Assembly: GCA_051362555.1 (NCBI GenBank)
Contig: CM120644.1
Location: 20,544,534-20,608,533 of the forward strand
DNA: 64,000 nucleotides
Source: Lingula anatina
Taxonomy: Eukaryota; Animalia; Brachiopoda
Direction: 5' to 3'
A program made the translations under genes and the position numbers. The number at the start of each line of letters is the position of its first letter. Position 1 is the stretch's first letter. Below, piece by piece: positions 1-11,223 of the stretch. Under the pieces are notes generated by a model. It was not told the DNA's origin, did not search any database, and saw only the letters and a program-made list of their open reading frames with translations.

Positions 1-159
1 AGAAATTACAGTGACCAAAATACATTATTTTTTTTATATTATAATAAAAACATACAGCGATAACTGACATAGACAGTGATCAGAATACATACAGACCCAT
101 CCAATTTCACAACAGACAATGTACAGGCATCACAATATATACAAGAAATTTTGTTTATA

Positions 160-1518
160 CAGGGCTAGACACTAACTTTTGTGAGCACCTGTCCTTCGGA
201 CAGGTGCTCATATATTTGACCTGTCCGATTTTCAATCCAACCTGTCCACAAAACCAATATTTTTTTCTATTCATACCTTTGAACTTTGTCAATTAATACG
301 TGTAGTCATACATTTAAATTAATGTATATATTACCAAAACATTCAATCATATGAGCCCCGAAAATGCACCTTAAAGTGAATTTATGTTCAGATAAAAAGT
401 TGTTTTTTCATACTTGTGAACTCCTGAAGATTTAATCTTGCATATAAGTCTGATATTTAACATCAGGGCTTCTCCTAGGATTTGGGGTACAGGGTCTACT
501 AATTGTAAGTCTGCAATTTGATAACAGATTCACATGAAGTTTAACCAAAGCTAAAAAAAAAAAACCTGAGCGGGAAGTGGGGAGGTGGTACTGTTAAAAT
601 AATTTTATAAAAATATTCAAATTTTATAATATTTGAATAAAGTTCAATGAAAATTAAAGAATATTCATTTTATAATACTTTACTTATATTTATGTCAACA
701 ATTTAACTTCTTAAGGGGTTATCACATGTTTGATTTTTTAAAAATATATGAATTAAATAAAATCAGCATAAAAAGGTTCCCCTTCTTTCTATTTAAATTC
801 TCATATTTGTTATTACTTATTTCTTCCTTACATCAATATAACACTGGTATATGAGAGCAATGTTAATTTATCATATTCCAGCACTAAATTTTAAACTGTA
901 AATAACAGAGGTGATGCTAGAGTCATTAAAGAAAGCATCATACAAAATTTCAGGTTATATTTTGGCAAATAAACAACATTTCAACAAGATCTTCAGTCCC
1001 AAAGATTTCACTTTCTATAGTGAGTAGATAGCATACCACGTGTTTGATTGACAGGCAGTATGTTGCCTTGACAACGAACTAGATATAGCCAGTTCATCCA
1101 GTCCAATCTGGCTCCAGCACAGTACTTGTGTAGTTTCTGTCTTTGGAAGTGTCTTTATTACTAGAGCACGTAGATTTTAACTAAATAAATGTTCAGTTGT
1201 GAACCTGATATGTGAATAAATTTTGTCTGATGAAGTTCTGGAGGGTGTTCACCTTCATAATTTGGCGGTAAGTTTGCTCAGACTTCGTTTTGCGACTGCA
1301 TGTGTTTTGTGCCAAAAGTAGGTCACTCTTTTCAATGTTGTCTAGGAAGAGGCAAAAATACGTTAGTATGCAACAAAAAATGATTTTTTTAAAGATTTTT
1401 GATCCAAATTTCTCATAACATGACCTGTCCGTCGGACAGCCAACCCTACAACTTCACCTGTCCGAACTTAATTTTTACCTGTCCCGGACAGGCGGACAGG
1501 CGCTAATGTCGAGCCCTG
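160..1518. mobile_element. Non-autonomous hAT-like DNA transposon (1359 bp) with 5-bp TSD
   Basis: Imperfect TIRs CAGGGCTAGACACTAAC / GCTAATGTCGAGCCCTG. TTATA is duplicated (155-159, 1519-1523) relative to the empty monomer ttttgtttatatcaag. CCTGTCC motifs cluster at both ends. No ORF. Confidence 0.85.
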
Positions 1519-3540
1519 TTATATCAAGATTTTTGCTAAGCGAATCCTTGACCCCCCCCCTCCCACCCCCAACTCCAAACAGATAATATTAAGCCTTGTC
1601 TCCTTGAAAATATTTAAAACAGTGCAACCTACGTGACAATTTTCCCAAATGATAATTTCTCAGGTACCACATATATTGTCGATGGTCACAGTTCGATTAA
1701 AAAGAATCATCAGTATGGTAATATCATTGTTGCACTGACCTGTGCTGAGGTTGAGAGGTTGTGATCAGCTCAGCTGTCCTCTGTGTGATGATCATCCACA
1801 AAACACACCTCCATCTTTACTGAAAACAGATAACACATCATCAATAAAAAATATATTTATAGACACATACAGTATAGTTAAAAAACAGAAATAACACAGT
1901 GGTCAAAATATATATTATTATATTATATTATATTATATTATATTATATTATATTATATTATATTATATTATATTATATTATAATAAAAACATGCAGCGAC
2001 AACAGATATAGACAGTGATCAGAATACATACAGACCCATCCAATTTCAAAACAGACAATGTACAGGCATCACAATATATACAAGAAATTTTGTTTATATC
2101 AAGATTTTTGGTAAGCGAATCCTTGACCCCCCCCTCCCACCCCCAACTCCAAACAGATAATATTAAGCCTTGTCTCCTTGAAAATATTTAAAACAGTGCA
2201 ACCTACGTGACAATTTTCCCAAATGATAATTTCTCAGGTACCACATATATTGTCGATGGTCATACTTCGATTAAAAAGAATCATCAGTATGGTAATATCA
2301 TTGTTGCACTGACCTGTGCTGAGGTTGAGAGGTTGTGATCAGCTCAGCTGTCCTCTGTGTGATGATCATCCACAAAACACAACTCCATCTCTACTGAAAA
2401 CAGATACACATCATCAATAAAAAATATATTTATAGACACATACAGTATAGTTAAAAAACAGAAATAACACAGTGGTCAAAATATATTATATTATATTATA
2501 TTATATTATATTATATTATATTATATTATATTATATTATATTATATTATAATAAAAACATGCAGCGACAAAAGACATAAATAGACAGTGATTAGAATACA
2601 TACAGACACATTTAACGTCACAACACACAAAGCACAGGCATCGGAATGTATGCATGAAATTTTCTCTGTATCAAGACTTTTGCTAAGCGAATCCTTGACT
2701 CCCCCCCCCTCCCACCCCCAACTCCAAGCAGGTAACATTAACCCTTGTCACCTTCAAAATATATAAAACAGACTAGAACCTAAGTTACAATTTTCCAAAA
2801 TGATAATTTCTCAGGTACCACATATAGTGTCGATGATCACAGTTCGATTAAAAAGAATCATCAGTATGGCAATATCATTGTTGCACTGACCTGTGCTGAG
2901 GTTGCGAGGTTGTGATCAGCTCAGCTGTCCTCTGTGTGATGATCATCCAGAAAACACACCTCCATCTCTACTGAAAACAGATAACACATCATCAATAAAA
3001 AATATATTTAAAGACACGTACAGTGGTTATAACAAAGAAATTACAGTGACCAAAATATATTATTATATTATAATAAAAACATACAGCGATAACTGACATA
3101 GACAGTGATCAGAATACATACAGACCCATCCAATTTCACAACAGACAATGTACAGGCATCACAATATATACAAGAAATTTTGTTTATATCAAGATTTTTG
3201 CTAAGCGAATCCTTGACCCCCCCCCCCTCCCACCCCAAACTCCAAACAGATAATATTAAGCCTTGTCTCCTTGAAAATATTTAAAACAGTGCAACTACGT
3301 GACAATTTTCGTGGAGATTAACGTTTGTTAATCTGATTTAAACGCATCACACAATGCCAGCTGCCTAGTAAGTCACGTGAGACCCGGCAGCGCCACTTGC
3401 GGCAGCGCCCCCTGCATTCAGCTGCGCGCGCATGTTAGACCGTTAGATTCAATTTCGGTATCTTGAACAGTGCAGCGCCGCACGCTTTCTGCTTATGGCT
3501 TTTTAATTTTTGCTTCTGACTTGTTCTAGTTTTTAGTTAT

Positions 3541-4283
3541 GGATATAGATGTACAGAATTAGAGGAGTGGGCTAAGAAGGCCGAGCTGAATGATGAGACA
3601 CTTGCTCTCCTGCGAGAGAATGGTCTCGAAAGCATGAAAGCCATTAAAATGCTCAACAGTGCTAATACCAGCAAATTCTTTGGAAAATCCCTCTCCCTCG
3701 GGCAGCTGCTACTACTACAGGGAGCCATTGATGAATTGAAAGAGTCAGTGGAGCCATCTCCAGTCAAAGAGCCTGCACAGACCCAACCCCAGTCCATAGC
3801 ATCAGGAACGCAGGATCATCAAGCTTCACAGCAACCTCTGGATGTCACAAATCTGCTCTCCATTTTATCCAAAGATGCACCTAAGCCAGAACAAGAGGGT
3901 AAGTCTTCATACGTTTTCGACCCTTTTGACATAGCCGCAAGCAACAACAGTAAGTGTAGAGACATTCGTGACTATATCACCCAGTTTCAACAAACTAAGT
4001 CAGCGGTGAAATTAGGCGACTTTGAACTCTCCCTTCCCGAGACCAAACCAAAACTAGAAGCTGTAACGCCCCTGCAGTATATGGAGGCAAGTCTTAAGAT
4101 CATGAGAGAACTAGTGACCGACGAGGGATATACGCAGCAACAAATGATGGACTACACTGGCTACCTCATAAAGATAGCACATATGGGCCAACGTTTTCAA
4201 TGGAAATCTGTCCTAAAGTACGACCAAGAGTACTGTAAAGCTAAAGCAGCGGCCGACTTTCAATGGGGAGCTGATAATGCTTA
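3541..4283 (+). pseudogene. Ngaro ORF1 (gag-like), 5' part, interrupted by a DNA transposon
   Basis: Open frame ELEEWAKKAELNDETLALLRENGLESMKAIK...FQWKSVLKYDQEYCKAKAAADFQWGADNAY. The W..V..YD..Y/F.......F.WG motif is typical of Ngaro ORF1. True start uncertain: the ATG at 3539 is out of frame. Confidence 0.8.
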
Positions 4284-7200
4284 CGGTAAAGTGCCATGAA
4301 TTTCGAACGGCTCTTGAATTTCGAACGATCTTAAAATCGGCCGTCTGGAGTTTTTTCTGGACCATGAATTTCGGCCAGTAAGCAATTTTGCGCGATCTTC
4401 ATTTCGTGAATTTCGTACACCTTAAAATCGGCCACCGGGCTATTCTCGCGCTTATAAAGATCTAACAGTCAGCAATGTTGCCCTAGCGTACCTTTACCTG
4501 AGTACTACGTGTGCAGCCCACGGTGCAGGATAACGATCAGTACAGTTAGTTTAGGACGCTAAACAACATCGTCATATCCATTCATTCAGATAACAGGAGA
4601 ATCTATTAAGAGTTGTACTGTCGGGCTGTTGTTTCTTTACCGCAGTATTCGGTGTGAGATAGCGATCGGTAGTTTTGCTGAGGCGCACAATAGCATTGTT
4701 ATCGTAGAGACTTCAGTAACAGAACAAAAGAGCAATATTAAGAGCTGCAATAAAGATTACCATTATTGCTTTCTTGTCTCGCTCAGATCGTTCACGATCT
4801 CCCGCTGACGATCTTCCGCTAATGAAGTCCCTTGAAATGTACAAATGAAATGAAAAATATTTTTAAAAATAATAAATTCCAATGGGGAGGGATGGAGGGT
4901 TAAAAACAATCGAGAACGATCTCCGGCTGACGATCTGCCGCAAACGAAAGCCACTGAACGAGTATGAGCTTTCTCGTTTCACTCGGATTGCGACGCTGAC
5001 GATACGAAAATTGCGTTCTCGACTCGCCCTTTGGCTTACGAAGTCTCTTTAACAAATATGAAAATTGCCTCCTGGTCTCTCTCGGATTGCGAACTATCTC
5101 TCGCTGAAAATTTGAAATTTTCCTTTTTGTTAATCAGCTTTGTCAGTTGCCGTGCGTATGAAGGTCCGGAAGGTGTCCCCTTTCACAAATTGGCCTGTAG
5201 TTTGCTTAGTGTTTTGTACCGCATGAAGGTCACTCTTGGCACTGCTGCATATGGCGTGGAATGTGTATCTTAAAGTTCATAGAAACATTTTATTGTGTTT
5301 TGTAAGCTTTAGGAAGTAGTTTCGTCGTGACTGAATATCAGCGTACACTACAAAGTAGTACCATTCATCTGTGACGCATCATAAAAGCTAGGTACGTCAA
5401 ATTACTCTAAGAAAATTTCTTACAACGTCCACGGCTGTCCCGACAAGCCAAGACGTCATTAAAAAAAGTCGCAAGCCGTCTAGCCGTCTTTGGAAATATA
5501 GGCCGTCCGGTGATGTCAGCGGCCGTCCAAATGACGGCTGGACGGTTCGCTGGGAAAAGCCTTGCTCATAAGGGTATATTTATTAAACTAGGGGCTTACT
5601 GACATCACCCAGCTTACATGCGGGTGCATGCCTCCCAAAATTATATTAAAGGATAAAATTGTAATATATCTAAATTTAATTGTTTGTAAATTTTGTAAAA
5701 ATTGCCCATGCCACCCCGTTAGTTTGGAGGGTTAAGCTGGATCAAGTCCGTGTCAAAATTCTTTGAAACTTTGCAGGAAAAATCAATCTTCCTTTGTTTC
5801 TCTGGCTCCTTGTTTAGCCCGATGATCAGATTTATCTAGTGCCCCCAGGTCTGCTGGAGCAGCTCTTTGAAATAACACACAGGTAGATTTTTATCTGAGA
5901 TAAATATCGCGTTCGATACACTCAAGACAAAAGCTACCTGTGGGCTGAAGGGCACTTTACCCTCTAATTAAGAGGTAAAGCAAGTTCCAGCTAGATGGAC
6001 GATTAAGATCGGACTTCAGATGGTAACTAGTATTGTTTACCTCAGTTCTGTGAAAGCAAACGAGAAGGGTGTCAGAACAATGGTGCATATATAAATTATA
6101 CAGAGAATTTGTACATTCAGGTGACCTTAACACATAATCGAAGGGGATTTTCGATAATATTTCTTGAAAAGTACACTAGATTTATAGAGAATAATATCAT
6201 GGTTGGCCAAAAAATTATATACGCACAGTGTATCCATGCGTATGCCTGGTTACGCCCCTGTCGCAAACCATATCCTACTGACTACATGAAAATTGCCTTC
6301 TAGCATGGACAAAAAGTCCAAGCTTCTATGCTTGCTCGGATCGCTGACGATCTCTTGCTGACGAATATAGTAACGAAGTCCCTTGAACTAGTGTGGAAAT
6401 TGACTTAGTGTCGCGCTCAGATCGCTCACTATCTCCCATTGACGATCTTCCAGTCCCTTGAACGAATATAAAAGCTGCCTTTTCGGTTTACTCTAGATTA
6501 CCTATCTCTCGCGTTTGTTTGAAGATGGTTTCAATAACAAAACGTACACGCTTTTCAAATGCGTACATTGACGCAACTATGCGCCAGGAAATCAGTTGCT
6601 GCTGCTTGTAAAGATTGGGTTGCCTGAGCGAAAAAAAAAAAAAAAAAAAAAACGGCCCTGCACCCCCCCCCCAAACCTAGTATATTTGATCGCAGACAAC
6701 AATCAGCGGTCATCTTGGTCGCAGCGCACGACGGAGAGAGACCGTAATACACAGTTCGGCTGCCGTGGCGAAGGCTACCTGTGCGCCGCACATACCGATC
6801 TGCGGTCGTAGTGGCCTCTCTGCACGGAGGAGAGGCCGTAGTGCCGAGGCCGGCTTCTGCAGGGAAGGCTACGTATGCGTCGGAGACACCGACCCGCGAA
6901 CGGCGAGATGAGGACGCATTCGCGCGTAAAGCTCCGCCCGACTTTAACGGTAAAGGCAACGAACCTGGTCGGGGAAGACACTTATCGCAGATGAAGGCTA
7001 CCTGCACGTGCGCCATAGACACTGATCGGCTGTCGTCTCAGTTTCAGTGCACGGAAAGGAGCAACGGTAACACTAAGCTTCCATAGTAAAGGTTATCTGG
7101 CCATGACAGACGCTGATCGTCGGCCGTCTCTCCCTCCGTCCACTCCCGTTCTGAGCGCCAGGATCGTTTTTGAAAAACGAACCTTGTTTCTGGCTGCCAG

Positions 7201-7575
7201 AATCGTGTTTGAAAAACGACACTACTGACGCATTATTTTATAAATGGTGCAAGGACGTGCTGTTTTGCGGCCCTAGACAACAGTACCGCTCTATCTATGG
7301 GCCATACACAGTGATCGGGTGAAAGTACGTGTATATCTTTGGTCGCAATTACCGACACTCACACATCATACATTATGGTAACTCTAAATAGATGTCGGGA
7401 GAAGATAACAGAAGGCCTAGCGACGAACAGACAACTTCCGGTCAAAATTGACAGAATTCCATGAAATTCGAACTTTCGGAAGTTCTGAGCACCTCCATTT
7501 CATGAATTTCGGCCAGAACGATCTTGTCCCAAATTTAATTATTTTCTACTGTTCGAAATTCATGGCACATTACCG
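4284..7575. mobile_element. Non-autonomous TIR DNA transposon, TA TSD (Tc1/mariner-superfamily-like), 3292 bp
   Basis: 25-bp TIRs CGGTAAAGTGCCATGAATTTCGAAC / GTTCGAAATTCATGGCACATTACCG (1 mismatch). TA at 4282-4283 and 7576-7577. Subterminal TGAATTTCG repeats. Removing it restores the gag frame. No transposase ORF seen. Confidence 0.92.
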
Positions 7576-7577
7576 TA

Positions 7578-7833
7578 TATGATGCAGGTGTTCCTGCGAG
7601 AGAACAGCACGTCGATCAGAAGCGCACAGTCCAGACCACAGGAGGGAGGAGCGCGCAATAACAAGTTTGACCCTTCATCAGGTCGCATTGTCTGTGATCG
7701 TTTTAACGGTAAAAACTGGTGTTCCCTTCGTCACTGCAAATATTCGCACGTATGCAAAACGTGCTACGCCCGCAACCACGGCGAATTCAACCACAAAACG
7801 GGCCAACCTACCCTGGATTCAAAAAACGATTAA
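7578..7833 (+). pseudogene. Ngaro ORF1 (gag-like), 3' part with Cys/His zinc finger
   Basis: MMQVFLRE...CDRFNGKNWCSLRHCKYSHVCKTC...SKND*. In frame with the 5' part once 4284-7577 is excised. Confidence 0.85.
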
Positions 7834-9272
7834 ACAAGAGTGTCGGAACCACACGCCAACTCCCCCCACTCTTAAACAGCTTAGAGATATGGCGCGCTGA
7901 GCTTGTCGGAGACAAAGACAGAGACTTCATCTTAAATGGCATAGTGAACGGATTCTCTCTAACTGATAATGATATTAAAGTTACTGACATTGCACCAGTA
8001 GAAGTAGATAATAGCAATAGAGTGAATAGGCCCGATATCTGTCCCCATGTAGAAAAGCAATTATTGGACGGACTTAAAGAAGGACATTACATAACTTCCT
8101 CAGAGAAACCCCTAATTACTAGTGCTATCACATGCGTGCCAAAGCCTGATGGTGAAATTCGTGTAATTCACGATCTCAGTCAGCCTGAGAATAGTGGAGT
8201 AAACTCTCATGCTTCAAAGGAGGCTATGAAGTACCAATCCATCCAAGACGCTTTGTCCTGTATACAGCCTGGCTCGTTTATGGCAAAAGTTGACCTCAAG
8301 AGTGCCTACAGATCGGTCCACATCAAGCGAGAGCAGAGATCTCTGACGGGACTTAAATGGCAGTTTGTAGGGGACGCGCACCCCATTTACCTATCCGACA
8401 CACATCTACCTTTTGGGAGGAGAAAATCGCCCTTTATCTTCAACAGAATTACACAGGCAGTTCGGCGGATGATGATTAAAAAAGGATTGTCTGGAACTGT
8501 AGCGTATCTGGATGATTTTTTCGTGACCGGGCATACTTTCCAAGACTGTCTTAGAGCATACAACACCCTTATCGGGCTCCTGCGGAAGCTAGGGTTTAGC
8601 ATTAATTGGAAAAAGGTCACGGACCCGTCCCAAAGTATATGTTTTCTTGGCATTGTTATTAACACTAATACCGGCAGACTTTCATTGAATAGCGACAAGA
8701 TTACATCATTAAAGGAAGCAGTTAAGTCCTTCCTAACAAAGACTAGAGCCTCTAAACGCCAGCTGGAGTCTCTTGCTGGGAAGTTATCTTGGGCCGCACA
8801 AGTAACCCCATGGGGAAGAGCCCACAATAGGTCAATTTTCAACCTTTTGTCTTCTCTGAGCTCTCCACAAAGCAAGACTCGTCTGCAATCAATTAAACCG
8901 GACCTGCGTTGGTGGGACTTCTGGCTGAGAGAAGGATCAAACACAAAGAGAATCTGGCCCCCCTCGAGTGATGTTATAGTTCACACGGACGCTAGCTTGC
9001 GCGCAGGTGGAGCTTTCTGCCTGGGAGACTGGACATACACTCACTGGGATTCAGACGTACTGGATATGTTACACCATCACATTAACGTAAAAGAGCTGGC
9101 CGTCGTCATTGTGGCAGCTAGAAGGTGGCGCAACGTCTGGTCAGGTCGCAATGTAATAGTCCACACGGACAATACTGTTACTGTAGCTAACCTGAACAAC
9201 GGCACAGCAACCAATCATCAGTATGGTAATATCATTGTTGCACTGACCTGTGCTGAGGTTGAGAGGTTGTGA
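7719..9272 (+). CDS. Ngaro ORF2: reverse transcriptase + RNase H, C-terminally truncated; last ~19 codons come from array sequence
   Basis: RT motifs VPKPDGEIRVIHDLS, KVDLKSAY, LPFG, YLDDF, FLGIVIN. RNase H motifs HTDAS, HINVKEL, HTDN; final catalytic Asp region absent. Tail NHQYGNIIVALTCAEVERL matches the monomer. Confidence 0.92.
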   Translation: MFPSSLQIFARMQNVLRPQPRRIQPQNGPTYPGFKKRLNKSVGTTRQLPPLLNSLEIWRAELVGDKDRDFILNGIVNGFSLTDNDIKVTDIAPVEVDNSNRVNRPDICPHVEKQLLDGLKEGHYITSSEKPLITSAITCVPKPDGEIRVIHDLSQPENSGVNSHASKEAMKYQSIQDALSCIQPGSFMAKVDLKSAYRSVHIKREQRSLTGLKWQFVGDAHPIYLSDTHLPFGRRKSPFIFNRITQAVRRMMIKKGLSGTVAYLDDFFVTGHTFQDCLRAYNTLIGLLRKLGFSINWKKVTDPSQSICFLGIVINTNTGRLSLNSDKITSLKEAVKSFLTKTRASKRQLESLAGKLSWAAQVTPWGRAHNRSIFNLLSSLSSPQSKTRLQSIKPDLRWWDFWLREGSNTKRIWPPSSDVIVHTDASLRAGGAFCLGDWTYTHWDSDVLDMLHHHINVKELAVVIVAARRWRNVWSGRNVIVHTDNTVTVANLNNGTATNHQYGNIIVALTCAEVERL

Positions 9273-11052
9273 TCAGCTCAGCTGTCCTCTGTGTGATGAT
9301 CATCCACAAAACACACCTCCATGTCTACTGAAAACAGATAACACATCATCAATAAAAATATATATTTATAGACACATACAGTATAGTTAAAAAACAGAAA
9401 TAACACAGTGGTCAAAATATATTATATTATATTATATTATATTATATTATATTATATTATATTATATTATATTATATTATAATAAAAACATGCAGCGACA
9501 ACAGATATAGACAGTGATCAGAATACATACAGACTCATCCAATTTCACAACAGACAATGTACGGGCATCACAATATATACAAGAAATTTTGTCTATATCA
9601 GAATTTTTGCTAAGCGAATCTTTGACCCCCCCCCCCACCCAAAGAGATAATAAAAGCCTTGTCACCTTGAAAATATTTAAAACAGTGGAACCACGAGACA
9701 ATTTTCCAAAATGATTACAGTGACAAAAATATATTATTATATTATAATAAAAACATACAACGGCAATAGACATATATAGACAGTGATTAGAATACATACA
9801 GACACATTTAATGTCACAACACACAAAGCACAGGCATTGGAATGTATGCATGAAATTTTCTCTGTATCAAGACTTTTGCTAAGCGAATCCTTGACTCCTG
9901 CACCCCCAACTCCAAACAGGTAACATTAAACCTTGTCACTTTCAAAATATATAAAACAGACTGGAACTTACGTGACAATTTTCCCAAATGATAATTTCTC
10001 AGGTACCACATATAGTGTCGATGGTCACTGTTCAATTAAAAAGAATCATCAGTATGGCAATATCATTGTTGCACTGACCTGTGCTGAGGTTGCGAGGTTG
10101 AATTCAGCTCAGCTGTCCTCAGTGTTATGATAATCCAGTAAACACACCTTCATCTCTACTGAAAACAGATAATACATCATCAATAAAAAATATATTTATA
10201 GACACATACAGTGGTTATAACACAGAAATTACAGTGACCAAAATACATTATTTTTTATGTTATAATAAAAACATACAGCCATAACTGACATAGACAGTGA
10301 TTAGAATACATACAGACCCATCCAATTTCACAACAGACAATGTACAGGCATCACAATATAAACCAGAAATTCGGTTTATATCAAGATTTTTGCTAAGCGA
10401 ATCCTTGATCCCCCCCCCTCCCACCCCCAACTCCAAACAGATAATATTAAGCCTTGTCTCCTTGAAAATTTTTAAAACAGTGCAACTACGTGACAATTTT
10501 CCCAAATGATAATTTCTCAGGTACCACATATATTGTCGATGGTCACAGTTCGATTAAAAAGAATCATCAGTATGGTAATATCATTGTTGCACTGACCTGT
10601 GCTGAGGTTGAGAGGTTGTGATCAGCTCAGCTGTCCTCTGTGTGATGATCATCCAGAAAACACACCTTCATCTCTACTGAAAACAGATAATACATCATCA
10701 ATAAAAAATATACTTATATACACATACAGTATAGTTAAAAAACAGAAATAACACAGTGGTCAAAATATGTTATATTATATTATATTATATTATATTATAT
10801 TATATTATATTATATATATTATATTATATTATATTATATTATATTATATTATATTATATTATAAAAAAAAACATGCAGCGCCAACAGATATAGACAGTGA
10901 TCAGAATACATACAGACTCATCCAATTTCACAACAGACAATGTACGGGCATCACAATATATACAAGAAATTTTGTCTATATCAGGATTTTTACTAAGCAA
11001 ATCCTTGACCCCCCCCCCCCCCCCCCCCCCAACTCCAAACAGATAATATTAA

Positions 11053-11223
11053 AGGGATAATAACTCTTAAGAGATTTTAACAAAAAACCAAACTTTTTAG
11101 AAAAAAACCAGGGACTAACTTTGAATGTAAAAATGGATTCATTAACCATTGGTAAGTATGGGAAAATTGTTGTTTACTCCAGGAAAATTCATTTTTTGGC
11201 CGAAACGAAGAGTTATTATTGCT
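11053..11223. mobile_element. Kolobok-like MITE (171 bp), TTAA TSD
   Basis: TTAA|AGGGATAATAACTCTT...AAGAGTTATTATTGCT|TTAA inserted at the monomer's gataatattaagcc site. AG..CT termini with TTAA TSD. Confidence 0.82.

Larger units (their letters stand above)
3311..9212 (+). mobile_element. Ngaro-group (tyrosine-recombinase order) retrotransposon, 3'-truncated within RNase H; YR ORF and 3' repeats lost
   Basis: Begins abruptly after monomer sequence gtgacaattttc. Gag-like ORF1 with C-terminal Cys/His finger overlaps an RT-RNaseH ORF2 of DIRS/Ngaro type. Array sequence resumes at aatcatcagtatgg (9213). Confidence 0.88.

Noticed and set aside
2930-2980. C/D snoRNA-like boxes in each monomer (plus: GTGATGA...CTGA; minus: CTGATGA...CTGA)
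   Set aside because: Box spacing is only ~28 and ~43 nt, there is no convincing terminal stem or C'/D' pair, the plus-strand C box varies (GTGATAA, TTATGAT), and no extended rRNA complementarity was recognised. A snoscan/Infernal run would settle it.
6555-7086. Overlapping GC-rich ORFs inside the TA-TSD element as a transposase
   Set aside because: No DDE/D or HTH motifs, and the frames cross poly-A/poly-C runs.
8387-8944. 185-aa minus-strand ORF (also 42765-43205 on plus)
   Set aside because: Antisense shadows of RT coding sequence.
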